Below, in pieces: positions 38,276-49,286 of a stretch of DNA of 64,000 nucleotides (position 1 is its first letter; every line of letters begins with the position of its first letter). This stretch comes from Planctomycetota bacterium. Its GTDB lineage: Bacteria; Planctomycetota; B15-G4; JADJEK01. The stretch lies in assembly GCA_044225365.1 (NCBI GenBank), contig JBGAIQ010000006.1, positions 75,874-139,873 on the forward strand, read 5' to 3'. A program made the translations under genes and the position numbers. The notes under the pieces were generated by a model that saw nothing but the letters and a program-made list of their open reading frames with translations, searched no databases and was not told where the DNA came from.

Positions 38276-38872
38276 TCAGGACTCGTCGTCACCCTTCGCG
38301 TCGACGAGCCTCGCGAGTTGGGCGAGTCCCCGAAACAGCAGATGACGCACCGAGTCCTCGGTCTTGCCCATCCGTTGCGCGACCTCCGCACGCGAGAGAC
38401 CGAGCACGCGCGACAGGATCACCGCCTCCCGATAGTCCGGCGACAACTGATCGAACGCGCCTTCGATCTGCTCGAGAGCTTCCTTGCCGCGCACGAGGGC
38501 GCTCGGGCCCGCGCTCTTGCGATACACGTCGAGGAGTGCGTCATCGCCGCCGGCCTCTCGCTTCACGTCGCGCCGTTCCGCCTTCCAGAAGTTCGCGCGA
38601 TCCGCGACCTTTCTCGCCGCAGCGGTGCAGAGCCAGGCGCGGAATGCTGCTTCGCCCTCCCACTTGAATCCCGAGAGGTTCGCCAGGACATCTCGAAACA
38701 CGGATTGCACGAGGTCGGATGCGCTCTCCTTCGCTCGCAGCTCCGGACCCGCCTTCAGGCGCACGAATGCACGGACCTGCGGGATGTGATGCGCGATGAG
38801 AGCCTCGACGGCCTCCTTGTCCCCGGTCGCGGCGCGTGCGACGAGCTCGGCTTCGGAATCGTTATCGGTCAT
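38276..38872 (-). CDS. RNA polymerase sigma-70 factor, ECF subfamily
   Basis: It is 198 aa, with region 2 (DLVQSVFRDVLANLSGFKWEGEAAFRAWLCTAAARKVADRAN) and a region 4 HTH (ILSRVLGLSRAEVAQRMGKTEDSVRHLLFRGLAQL). Confidence 0.85.
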   Translation of the reverse strand: MTDNDSEAELVARAATGDKEAVEALIAHHIPQVRAFVRLKAGPELRAKESASDLVQSVFRDVLANLSGFKWEGEAAFRAWLCTAAARKVADRANFWKAERRDVKREAGGDDALLDVYRKSAGPSALVRGKEALEQIEGAFDQLSPDYREAVILSRVLGLSRAEVAQRMGKTEDSVRHLLFRGLAQLARLVDAKGDDES

Positions 38873-39581
38873 CGCTCGATCTCTTCGACGCCTCCGGCGC
38901 CTGTCCCATCACACTGATCGCGACGCGTCCACCGAAGCAGATCGCGACGTCGTGCGCATCCATTGCAACCCTGCGATGGTAGTCGCCTCGATAATGATAC
39001 TCACCCTTCGACTCCTCGAATCGGATCGGGAGCGGCGAGGGGTCGACGGGAACGAGCGACGTACCCGGGAACGCGCTGTCGCGATCGAGATGCGGGAGAT
39101 TCACGTTGGTGAGACGGCCCTTCGCGTCCTCGCGCGCCAGCACTTCGCGCAGGACGAGCATCGTCCATTCGCTCGCTCGATTCCAATCGATCTCGCGACC
39201 CCGCGCGAGATAGTGGGAGAAGGCGATTCCCGTCACGCCGTGGAAGCTCGCCTCACGCGCCGCCGCGACCGTTCCCGAATAGAAGACGTCGACTCCGAGG
39301 TTTCCGCCGCGATTGATGCCTGACAGCACGACGTCCACTGCCGGCACCAGCACCTCGAGTCCGAGCCGAACGCAATCCGCGGGCGTTCCATGGATCACGT
39401 ACCTTCGTTCGCCGTTCGGCTCGACCTTGATCGGCTCGTGCGTCGTCACCCGATGCCCGCAGCCCGACCACTCGCGAGCCGGCGCGGCCACGAACACTTC
39501 CCCGAAAGCGGAGGCGGCGCGAGAGAGAGCTTCGAGCCCCGGAGCGTCGTGCCCATCGTCGTTGGTGAGAAGGAACCGCAT
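38862..39581 (-). CDS. surE: 5'/3'-nucleotidase SurE
   Basis: The N-terminal LTNDDGHDAPGL and GINRGGNLG motifs are present. It overlaps the ECF sigma gene by 11 bp. Confidence 0.9.
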   Translation of the reverse strand: MRFLLTNDDGHDAPGLEALSRAASAFGEVFVAAPAREWSGCGHRVTTHEPIKVEPNGERRYVIHGTPADCVRLGLEVLVPAVDVVLSGINRGGNLGVDVFYSGTVAAAREASFHGVTGIAFSHYLARGREIDWNRASEWTMLVLREVLAREDAKGRLTNVNLPHLDRDSAFPGTSLVPVDPSPLPIRFEESKGEYHYRGDYHRRVAMDAHDVAICFGGRVAISVMGQAPEASKRSSDDR

Positions 39582-39745
39582 CTACGACCGAGGATAACGC
39601 AGGACGACGCTACCGCCGCCAACGAACCGATTTCGCCGATCCACTCAAGTTGGGCGAAGGAATTGCCGATGAGGAACGCACGATCCGGCTCGACGAGACG
39701 GCGGTCCAACGAGCCCGTTGCAACCTCGCACCGAGGGAGGAACTC

Positions 39746-40210
39746 ATGTTTCATTGCGCCCGTAGAACGTCCCTTCTCGTGCTCCTCGCGCTCTCCAGCG
39801 CGGCTGTCATCGCGCATCAGCTCTTCGCGCAGACGCCCGTGATCTCGACTCCCGATACCTACAAGGAGATCGTGACGCTCACGACCGACTCGAACGGTAT
39901 CCATGGCAAGGACCCGCAGTCGACGCTCTACACGGTGCCGACGAAGCGCACCTTCGTGATGACGACCCTCGTCATCGCGAACGACCAGGACAACTACACG
40001 GACGTCCTCGTCAAGGAGAACAGCTCTCGCAAGATCGCGCTGATCCGCGTCCCCCAGAACACGACGATCAGTTGCGAGTTCCCGAGCGGCGTCGAGTGGG
40101 TCGCGGACTCCAAGGTCAACGTCGAGAACCTGGGCGGCCCGTCCGGCACGGCTCAGGGCGACATCCACGTCACGATCAACGGATTCCTGAAGAAGCCCGT
40201 CACGACCTGA
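39746..40210 (+). CDS. small secreted hypothetical protein
   Basis: It is 154 aa with a signal peptide (MFHCARRTSLLVLLALSSAAVIA). Its Thr/Asn/Val-rich composition is unlike its neighbours. Confidence 0.5.
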   Translation: MFHCARRTSLLVLLALSSAAVIAHQLFAQTPVISTPDTYKEIVTLTTDSNGIHGKDPQSTLYTVPTKRTFVMTTLVIANDQDNYTDVLVKENSSRKIALIRVPQNTTISCEFPSGVEWVADSKVNVENLGGPSGTAQGDIHVTINGFLKKPVTT

Positions 40211-40296
40211 CCAGGCTCGACTTCGCCGTTTCCGCGGCCGGGCGGAAGGGTGTACGATTCCCCCATCGCGATCACAACATCGCGTAGGGGCGAATC

Positions 40297-40674
40297 ATGG
40301 ACTTCTTCGTCGTACTGTTCGCGATCTGGCTCGTCTTCCGATTCCTCAGCGATCGCCTCGATCGAGCGCGCCTCCGCGGACACATGGTCTCGATCGGCTA
40401 CGACGTCACCGAGATCCGATGGGCCCCCTTCGGACCGGGTTGGTTCGGCCCCCCCGGCGACCGCATCTATCTCATCACGTACACGGACGCGCGCGGCGAG
40501 ACGTTTGGTTCGTTCGTGAAGACGAGTCTCACCACCGGGATCTTCTTCACGTACAACCGCCCCGCCGAGGCCGTTCAGAGCACCAGCCTAGAACTCGCGC
40601 AACTCCGCGAGGAGAATGCGCAGCTCCGATCGGAACTCGAAGCACTGCACGGCCCGAGTTCGACCGCGTCGTGA
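40297..40674 (+). CDS. small membrane protein, hypothetical
   Basis: It is 125 aa with an N-terminal TM helix (MDFFVVLFAIWLVFRFL) and a C-terminal coiled-coil (LELAQLREENAQLRSELEAL). Confidence 0.5.
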   Translation: MDFFVVLFAIWLVFRFLSDRLDRARLRGHMVSIGYDVTEIRWAPFGPGWFGPPGDRIYLITYTDARGETFGSFVKTSLTTGIFFTYNRPAEAVQSTSLELAQLREENAQLRSELEALHGPSSTAS

Positions 40675-40918
40675 CTTCGAGGAATGGGGATGAAGATGCC
40701 ACGCTGGAGCGTGGCGATCCGAGGACTTGGACCGCCCGGCATGGAATGGGAAGGAAGATGCCATGCTGAGTGAATCGAAACCGGGCGCGGATTCGCGCAT
40801 CGAAGCACGGCCTCGCCCCGGCATTTCTCCGCAAGAATCTCGATCCAGTTCGCCGGCGGATGCGTAACGCTGGGCGTCTGCGGCCGACATTCACCTCGTC
40901 CTCGTTGGGAGCGAAGCC

Positions 40919-41809
40919 GTGAAGTTCCTCGTCCTCGCATCGATCTTCCTCCTTCCCGCTCAGGTCGTCGGCGATCGCGCCGAGCTGCGGCTCTCCCCCA
41001 AGAAGAACTCGTCGATCACCTACAAGGTGACGTCGGAAGTGACGCAGTCGATCGACATCGGCGGCAAGAAGGTCGACTCGACGACCGATCTCGAACGCAG
41101 CTACGTCTTCGCCTACGGCAACGCCGACGCCGATGGCACACTGAACGCGACGCTGACCTTCGGTCCGATCAAGGGGACGCGGAAGGATGGCGCGGGCGAG
41201 GCCGTGCACTTCGACTCGACGAGCGCGGCAGCCGAGGGGAAGGCCGCCACGCTCGAAGCCGGCATCGAGGTCGCGCTGAAGCTCAGCAAGCAGGCCGACA
41301 TCGTCGAAGCGAAGGGTCTCGCGGGTTCGTTGAAAGCTCGCCTCACCGATCTCACGAAGGGCGACGCGAAGGCCACCGAAAAGGTGAAGCCGCTCGCCGC
41401 CAAGCTCACCGACGATCACTCGAAGAAGGCGCTCGTCGGCCTCGTCCCGCGCCTGCCGAAATCGGCGGTCGCCGTCGGCGATCAGTTCGTCGTCGAGCAC
41501 GGCTGGCACCACTGCTTCGACGTCGTGCGTTGCGTCGAGTTCGACCAGAAGTGCAAGGTCATCGCGATCGACTCGGACACCGTCACGATCGAAGTCACGG
41601 GCGACAGTCCCGCCAGCGAATCCTCGATCCCGGCCTTCTCCGTCGGCGGCGTCTCGATGGGCGGCACCCTGGTGTTCTCCCGCAACGATGGCCTCCTGAA
41701 ATCGATGAACATCCGCGAGAACGTCGCAACGACCGAAAGCACCGCCGCCGGCGGCGTCGCCACCGCGACGACGGTCACCGTGACGCGATTCGAACGCTCA
41801 GGCCGTTGA
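40919..41809 (+). CDS. secreted hypothetical protein
   Basis: It is 296 aa with a signal peptide (MKFLVLASIFLLPAQVVG). It has no recognisable domain. Confidence 0.6.
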   Translation: MKFLVLASIFLLPAQVVGDRAELRLSPKKNSSITYKVTSEVTQSIDIGGKKVDSTTDLERSYVFAYGNADADGTLNATLTFGPIKGTRKDGAGEAVHFDSTSAAAEGKAATLEAGIEVALKLSKQADIVEAKGLAGSLKARLTDLTKGDAKATEKVKPLAAKLTDDHSKKALVGLVPRLPKSAVAVGDQFVVEHGWHHCFDVVRCVEFDQKCKVIAIDSDTVTIEVTGDSPASESSIPAFSVGGVSMGGTLVFSRNDGLLKSMNIRENVATTESTAAGGVATATTVTVTRFERSGR

Positions 41810-41811
41810 TG

Positions 41812-42395
41812 CTCGGGCCGCGGGGCCGTCCTGGCGCGCTCAGGCCGCGCGGGCCTTTCCTCCGGCGCTCAGGCCGCGCGGGCCTTTCGCTCGGGCCGCG
41901 AACTGGCCCTCGGACGCTCCGGCCGCGGGGCCGTCCTGGCGTTCGCCCGCCAGCCGTGCGGGCACTAGGTTTGGATTGCCTGCGGCGGCGGAGGTCGTGC
42001 GCTCGACGTGGTGGGCGCAAGGAAGCTCCGCTCGGCTCCGCGCGCGGCGGACCGCGCATGCTCCGCTCGCGGACTTCCTCGCGCCGCCCACTGTGAGCGT
42101 TTTTTGAAAGAAGAGAAGATATGCGGAGCGCCGGGCTCCGCCCGGCAACTTCATGAGATGCCGGGCGGAGCCCGGCGCCCTTATTGAATCTCCTTCCCCA
42201 TTCGCGCTTAGAGGGAAGCGCGAGCGGGAGTCCGTTCGCGAAGCATGCGCGGTCCGCCGCGCGCGGAGTCGAACGGAGCTCCCCTCGCGCACACCTCGTA
42301 GAGCGCAAACACTACGCCGCCGCAGGCAACACCAACGCAGTGCCCGCGCGGCTGGCGGGCGAACGCCAGGACGGCCCCGCGGCCCGAGCACCTAC
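41812..42395. repeat. long imperfect palindrome (arms about 290 bp) filling the convergent intergenic region, with a perfect 20-bp-stem central hairpin
   Basis: The central stem 42128-42147 (gcgccgggctccgcccggca) pairs with 42159-42178. The outer arm 41921-41965 is the reverse complement of 42340-42384 with 1 mismatch in 45. 42020-42080 mirrors 42220-42290 imperfectly. Extra direct repeats lie at 41814-41890. Confidence 0.8.
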
Positions 42396-44320
42396 ACTTC
42401 TATCCTTGCCCCCAGCTCGACGACGCGATTGGGCGGCAAGTCGAAGTAGGAGGTCGCGGAGGACGAGTTGCGCGAGAGGAATTCGAAGAGGAGCTTGCGC
42501 GATCGCACCACGACGGGGCCGCGATCGGTGACCACGATCGTCTCGCGGCCGAGGAAGTAGCTCACTTCATCGGGATCGATGGCGAGTCCACGGCCGCGGC
42601 AGAGCTCGAGCACGCGGGGCGCTGTCATCGTTTCCATGAAGCCCTGCCGCGCCGTGACGCGCCACAAGCCCTGTCCGAGGTTCGTCACCTCGACGCGTTC
42701 GTCGAGCTTCACGCGAGGCGTCGGCATCACTTCGAACGTGAGGAGGATGACGCGCTTGTGCAGCACCTTGCAGTGCTTGAAGAAGTGCAGGAGCACGTGC
42801 GGCACACCGCCGGATCGCGCGGAGAGGAAGACGCCGGTGCCCTCGACGCGAGTCACGTCGTGCTGGCGGAGGTCCTCGAGGAACGCTTCCATCGGGAACA
42901 GCGGACCGCGCGTGAGATAGGAATCGCGACCGTTCTTCCACGTGCTCATGACGAGGAAGAGGATGAGTCCGGCAACGATGGGCACCCATGCGCCGTGGAG
43001 GATCTTTGCGAGACTCGACGTCAGGAATGGCAACTCGATCGCGATGAAAAGACCCGTGAGGGCCGCGGCGGCCCACAAACCCCAACCCCAACGCCTTCGA
43101 GCCACGACGTAGAGCAACATCGTGGTCGTCAGCATCGCTCCCATCACCGCGACGCCGTACGCGCCTGCGAGTCCGGAGGACGATCGGAACGCGAGCACGA
43201 GTGCGATGCAGCCGACCATCAACATCGCGTTGACGACGGGAACGTAGATCTGACCGCGCATCTGCGACGACGTGTGATCGACGCGCAGGCGCGGCAGATA
43301 ACCGAGACGCATCGCCTGCTGCGCCATCGAGTAGGCGCCCGAGATCAATGCCTGTGACGCGATGATCGCGGCGAACGTGGCAATGACGACGAGCGGGTAG
43401 AGGAACCAGCTCGGCGCGAGCTTGTAGAACGGATTCACCGCGGCGTCGGGACCATCCGTGAGGACGAGCGCGCCCTGGCCGAAGTAGTTGAGCAGCAGCG
43501 CGGGATACGCGATGAAGAACCACGCGTAGCGAATCGGCTTCTTGCCGAAGTGTCCCATGTCGGCGTAGAGAGCTTCGGCGCCGGTGATACAGAGCACGAC
43601 CGAACCCAGGATGAAGAAGGCATCCTTGCCTTCGTCCTGGAAGAACTGAACGGCGTGCATCGGATTGATCGCACCGAGGATCTCGGGGTGTTTCAGGATC
43701 GAGGGCACTCCGAGGATCCCGATCGTCACGAACCACACGACCATCACGGGACCGAACACGCGACCGATGTCGCCCGTCCCATAGGACTGGACGAGGAAGA
43801 GCGCGAGCAGGATGACGCATGACAATGGCACGACGAACGGTTCGAACTTGTCGGTCGCAACGTTGAGACCCTCGACCGCGCCGAGCACCGAGATCGCGGG
43901 CGTGATCATCCCGTCGCAGAACAGGAGCGCGGTGGCGAACAGTCCACACGCGACGAGCGTGCGCAAGACCGTGGGCGAGAGATGCTCGCCCTTCTTCATG
44001 TTCGAGACGTGCGGCTGGACGAGCGCGATCAGCGCCATCAGTCCACCGTCCCCTTCGTTGTCCGCGCGAAGGACGAACGTCAGATACTTGAGGACGACGA
44101 TCAACGTGATCGCCCAGAACACGAGCGAGAGCAGCCCGTAGACATTCGACGCGTTGATCGCGATTCCCGAATGCTCCGAGAAGCACTCTTTGATCGTGTA
44201 GAGCGGCGAAGTGCCGATGTCGCCGTAGACGACGCCGAGGGCGGCGAGGCCCAGAGCCATCAGTTCCTTGCGCGATCTAGGCTCGGCGTGTGCGTCCTTT
44301 GGGACGGCAACGGATTGCAT
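42392..44320 (-). CDS. kup: potassium uptake protein Kup (KUP/HAK/KT family)
   Basis: The signature GVVYGDIGTSPLY is present, along with about 12 TM segments and a C-terminal cytoplasmic domain. Confidence 0.9.
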   Translation of the reverse strand: MQSVAVPKDAHAEPRSRKELMALGLAALGVVYGDIGTSPLYTIKECFSEHSGIAINASNVYGLLSLVFWAITLIVVLKYLTFVLRADNEGDGGLMALIALVQPHVSNMKKGEHLSPTVLRTLVACGLFATALLFCDGMITPAISVLGAVEGLNVATDKFEPFVVPLSCVILLALFLVQSYGTGDIGRVFGPVMVVWFVTIGILGVPSILKHPEILGAINPMHAVQFFQDEGKDAFFILGSVVLCITGAEALYADMGHFGKKPIRYAWFFIAYPALLLNYFGQGALVLTDGPDAAVNPFYKLAPSWFLYPLVVIATFAAIIASQALISGAYSMAQQAMRLGYLPRLRVDHTSSQMRGQIYVPVVNAMLMVGCIALVLAFRSSSGLAGAYGVAVMGAMLTTTMLLYVVARRRWGWGLWAAAALTGLFIAIELPFLTSSLAKILHGAWVPIVAGLILFLVMSTWKNGRDSYLTRGPLFPMEAFLEDLRQHDVTRVEGTGVFLSARSGGVPHVLLHFFKHCKVLHKRVILLTFEVMPTPRVKLDERVEVTNLGQGLWRVTARQGFMETMTAPRVLELCRGRGLAIDPDEVSYFLGRETIVVTDRGPVVVRSRKLLFEFLSRNSSSATSYFDLPPNRVVELGARIEV

Positions 44321-44423
44321 GAGCGGACCCGACTGGCCGAAGGGCGAATCCCGACGATTCTAGGCGCGGGCGTGCGCGATGCAGCGAAAACGCGGATTCA
44401 CGCGTAAATACGGCGTTAGAGAC

Positions 44424-45650
44424 TCACTCCGTGTAGTCAAGACTCTTGCCGTGTGTCTCCTCGACGGGAACGAGCGCGAGTAACGCGATCGCGACAGCGA
44501 CGACACCGACACGGAGCGCTGCACCGTCGTAGCCATGCTCGCCCTTCCACATCGTGAGCAGCGCGGTGAGGAGCGGAACGGTTCCGCGCACGAAGTTCGG
44601 CGCCGTCGTCGCGACGGTCGCGCGGATGTTCGTGCCGAACTGCTCTGCCGCGAGCGTGACGAAGACCGACCAGTAGCCGCCTGCGATGCCGATGACGAAA
44701 CAACTGACGTTGAACGCGAAGAGACTCCTCGGTCCGTAGAGGAAGTAGAGCGCCACCGCGGGAACGTGCAGTGCGAGGAAGAGAAGCACGACGCGCTTCC
44801 TCGCGCCGAAGATCTGGCTCAGGAAACCACTGAGAATGCCGCCGATCGCAAGGCCGGTGTAGCTCCACAGGACGGCGTCGGACGATTTCGGCGTCGGGTC
44901 CATCCCGAGCGCCTTCCCGATCTCCGGTGCGAACAGCACGAGGATGCCGATCACGTACCACGTTGGCACGCCGATGAAGACGACGCCGAGGTAGCGCAGC
45001 AATCGCGCGGGCGGCCAGAACAGGAGGCCGATCGATCCGCGCTTCACGCCCTCCGACTTCGCCTTCTCGAACATCCCAGACTCGAACGTACCGAATCGCA
45101 GCGCGAGGAGCGCGAGGCCGAGCACGCCACCGATGGTGTACGCGCGACGCCAGTCGCCACCTCCGACGAGCGACGCGACGACGGCGCCGAACACGCCGAC
45201 GAACGCGACGAGCGTCGTTCCATATCCGCGGGTCTCCTTCGACATCAATTCGGCGACGAGCGTCACGCCGGCGCCGAGTTCTCCCGCGAGGCCGACGCCC
45301 GCGATGAATCGCAGCAGCCGATACATCTCGATCGAATGCACGTGCGCGTTCAGGAGATTCGCGAGCGAGTACATCAGGATGGTGCCGAACAGCACGGACA
45401 AGCGCCCGCGCTTGTCGCCGAGCACGCCCCACAGGATGCCGCCGATCAGCATCCCGTACATCTGGGTGTCGATCAGCATCTTGCCGGTCGTCGTGATCGC
45501 CTCGGGATCGGTGACTCCGAGGTCCTTCAAACTCGCGACGCGTACGACCGCGAACAGGATCAGATCGTAGATGTCGACGAAATAGCCGAGCGCGGCGACG
45601 AGCACGACGAGTCCGACGCGACGCGAATTGCGATCCTCGAGCATGCGCAC
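44424..45650 (-). CDS. MFS transporter
   Basis: It has 12 predicted TM segments and an MFS motif-A-like GDKRGRLSVLFG between TM2 and TM3. Confidence 0.8.
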   Translation of the reverse strand: MRMLEDRNSRRVGLVVLVAALGYFVDIYDLILFAVVRVASLKDLGVTDPEAITTTGKMLIDTQMYGMLIGGILWGVLGDKRGRLSVLFGTILMYSLANLLNAHVHSIEMYRLLRFIAGVGLAGELGAGVTLVAELMSKETRGYGTTLVAFVGVFGAVVASLVGGGDWRRAYTIGGVLGLALLALRFGTFESGMFEKAKSEGVKRGSIGLLFWPPARLLRYLGVVFIGVPTWYVIGILVLFAPEIGKALGMDPTPKSSDAVLWSYTGLAIGGILSGFLSQIFGARKRVVLLFLALHVPAVALYFLYGPRSLFAFNVSCFVIGIAGGYWSVFVTLAAEQFGTNIRATVATTAPNFVRGTVPLLTALLTMWKGEHGYDGAALRVGVVAVAIALLALVPVEETHGKSLDYTE

Positions 45651-45724
45651 TCCCGAACGGGATTCGAGCGCGGCGCATGCTACCCGCCGCAGCGTGCGTT
45701 GAAGAGCCCGCAGGGCGCTTCAGC

Positions 45725-46399
45725 TCATTGCACCTTCAGCCAGGTGTTCCCATCGCCGCCGAGCCAGTTGGCCTGATCGACCGGCAAGGTACCCATTCCG
45801 AACGACAGGATCGGATAGGCGTCGAGGCCGACCGGGGGCGTGTTCAGTCCGTGGTGATCGAGGAACGAAGCGTCGCATCCGACCGCCACGCCCTGATCGT
45901 TGATCGCGAACGTGCGACGCGCGGCCGAGGAGCTGCGCTTCGGCCAGGCGTAGACGATGAACTTCGATTCGGCGAGATTCGGGTCGAGGGAGCCTGCGAC
46001 GAAACCCCCGCCCGCATGTTCGAGCTGAGGCGTACCGAAAGCCGCGGGCAGGAAGAGCGCAAAGCAGTAGCCGTCGAGCGAGCCGTAGCCGTTCGAGTCG
46101 ATCACGCCGAGTTCGGGAGTGAAGGGAAACGCGACCTGCGACAGGAGGAGGGTGCCATCGTCGCGCAGCGGGACCTGATTCGCCATCTCGCCGAGCGAGC
46201 CGTACTCGCCGACGCCGTCGTGATCCTCATCGACGACTTTCAGGGCCTTGAAGGCCACCTCCGCGAAGTAGATCTCCCGCAGTTTGTCGAGAGCGGCTTG
46301 CTCCATCGGCTTGAGCTTCGACGGCGGGGGCGCGGCGTTCGAGCCGCCGGGAACGATGAGGACGACCGACACCGCGAGGAGGGACGCGAACCGAATCAT
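45725..46399 (-). CDS. secreted hypothetical protein
   Basis: It is 224 aa with a signal peptide (MIRFASLLAVSVVLIVPGGSNA). Confidence 0.6.
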   Translation of the reverse strand: MIRFASLLAVSVVLIVPGGSNAAPPPSKLKPMEQAALDKLREIYFAEVAFKALKVVDEDHDGVGEYGSLGEMANQVPLRDDGTLLLSQVAFPFTPELGVIDSNGYGSLDGYCFALFLPAAFGTPQLEHAGGGFVAGSLDPNLAESKFIVYAWPKRSSSAARRTFAINDQGVAVGCDASFLDHHGLNTPPVGLDAYPILSFGMGTLPVDQANWLGGDGNTWLKVQ

Positions 46400-46524
46400 G
46401 GAAGGTAGCCGTTTCTGGGCCCTTCCGTGATCGGATCGGGGGGAGTCCGAGTTGAGCGCGATGTGCGCACTTTTTTGGCCAATCCGCTTACATCATCGCT
46501 TCATGATGCTATGTTTATCGAGTC

Positions 46525-47502
46525 ATGGCCATCGCCGATTCGACCCTTCCCGGACTGCTGAAGCTGCTCGCCGATCCGACGCGGTTGCGCATCCTCGCCG
46601 TGCTCGAGCGCGAGGAACTGAGCGTCAGCGAGCTGTGCGCCGTGCTCGGCATGGCGCAGAGTCGGGTGTCGAACCACCTGCGGATCCTGCGCGACGCCGA
46701 ACTCCTGCTCGAACGGCATTCGGGCGCGAGCACGCACGTGCGGCTCGATTCCAACGCCAATGCTGCGGCGGCCCGCTTGTGGGGCACGCTGCGCGACGAC
46801 GTGTCGACGCTGCCGGAGCACTCGGCCGATCTCGTTCGCCTCGACGCGCTCCTCGCGCGGCGGCGCGCCAAGGCAGGCGACTTCTTCGATCGAGTCGCCG
46901 GTCAGTGGGACAAGATCGCGGGCGCGTTCCGCACGGGCCAGGGACGCCTGCGGCTCGCTTCGCATCTCCTGCCCGCCCATTTCGTCGTGGCCGACCTCGG
47001 CTGTGGCACGGGCTACGTCGGCGAAGGACTGCTCGGCGTCGCGAGCAAACTCATCTGCGTCGATCGGTCCGAGAAGATGCTCGCAGCCGCGAAGAAGCGG
47101 CTCGCGCGAGGACGCGCAGCGATGACCATCGAATTCCGCCGCGGCGAGGTCGATGGCCTCCCGATCGAAGACGAAGAAGTCGACGGCGTCGTCGCGGGAA
47201 TGGTGCTGCATCATCTTCCGCGCCTCGACGGCGCCATCGCCGAGATGTTCCGCGTGCTGAAGCCAGGCGGCGCAGCGGCCATCCTCGAACTCGCACCCCA
47301 CAAAGAGGCCTGGATGCGGCGCGAACTCAGCGACCGGCACCTCGGCCTCGAAGCAACCGATGTCCTGTCCGCACTGAAACGCGCGGGCTTCGTCGATGTG
47401 GTTCTCGATCCGGTCGACGACCACTATCAGCCGAAAAAGGAAGACGGCGAGGAGGTCTCGCTGCCCCTGTACATCGCCCGTGGTCGCAAATCCATTTCGT
47501 AG
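46525..47502 (+). CDS. sahR: ArsR-family HTH regulator fused to a SAM-dependent methyltransferase-like sensor domain (SahR-like S-adenosylhomocysteine-responsive regulator)
   Basis: The N-terminal ArsR HTH is LLKLLADPTRLRILAVLEREELSVSELCAVLGMAQSRVSNHLRILRDAELL. The methyltransferase fold is VADLGCGTGYVGEGL...LKPGGAAAIL. It lies immediately upstream of ahcY, which is the architecture and context described for SahR. Confidence 0.7.
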   Translation: MAIADSTLPGLLKLLADPTRLRILAVLEREELSVSELCAVLGMAQSRVSNHLRILRDAELLLERHSGASTHVRLDSNANAAAARLWGTLRDDVSTLPEHSADLVRLDALLARRRAKAGDFFDRVAGQWDKIAGAFRTGQGRLRLASHLLPAHFVVADLGCGTGYVGEGLLGVASKLICVDRSEKMLAAAKKRLARGRAAMTIEFRRGEVDGLPIEDEEVDGVVAGMVLHHLPRLDGAIAEMFRVLKPGGAAAILELAPHKEAWMRRELSDRHLGLEATDVLSALKRAGFVDVVLDPVDDHYQPKKEDGEEVSLPLYIARGRKSIS

Positions 47503-47547
47503 GGGCGCACGGCTGTGCGCCCGATTCGTCAACCAAAGGCCCCTCTC

Positions 47548-49029
<1,482 letters not shown>

Positions 49030-49286
49030 GCGGGTTCTAGCCGGGTGCGCGCCTGCGCACTCGTGCCCACTCCTGCCCACTCCGTCATCGCGACGCGCCG
49101 CTCGAGAGCGCGTCGATTCGCCGCGGGATTGATTCGCGGACCCGGGATTCGTAGCGTAAATCGCGCTTCCCGGGTCGCGATCGATTCCGCGGCGTGCGTT
49201 CGCTCTCCGTTCTTCTCCCCTCCTAGCGCGCTCGCCGGCGAACCTCCGATCGCAACCGCACGCGGGCAACGTGTGGTGATCCGGGG

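Noticed and set aside
41840-42391. Mirrored ORFs (41775..42308-, 41840..42391-, 42153..42449+, 42184..42531+) inside the long palindrome
   Set aside because: The ORFs are generated on both strands by the reverse-complement symmetry. They are Arg/Ala-rich, and there is no ribosome-binding context or start conservation.
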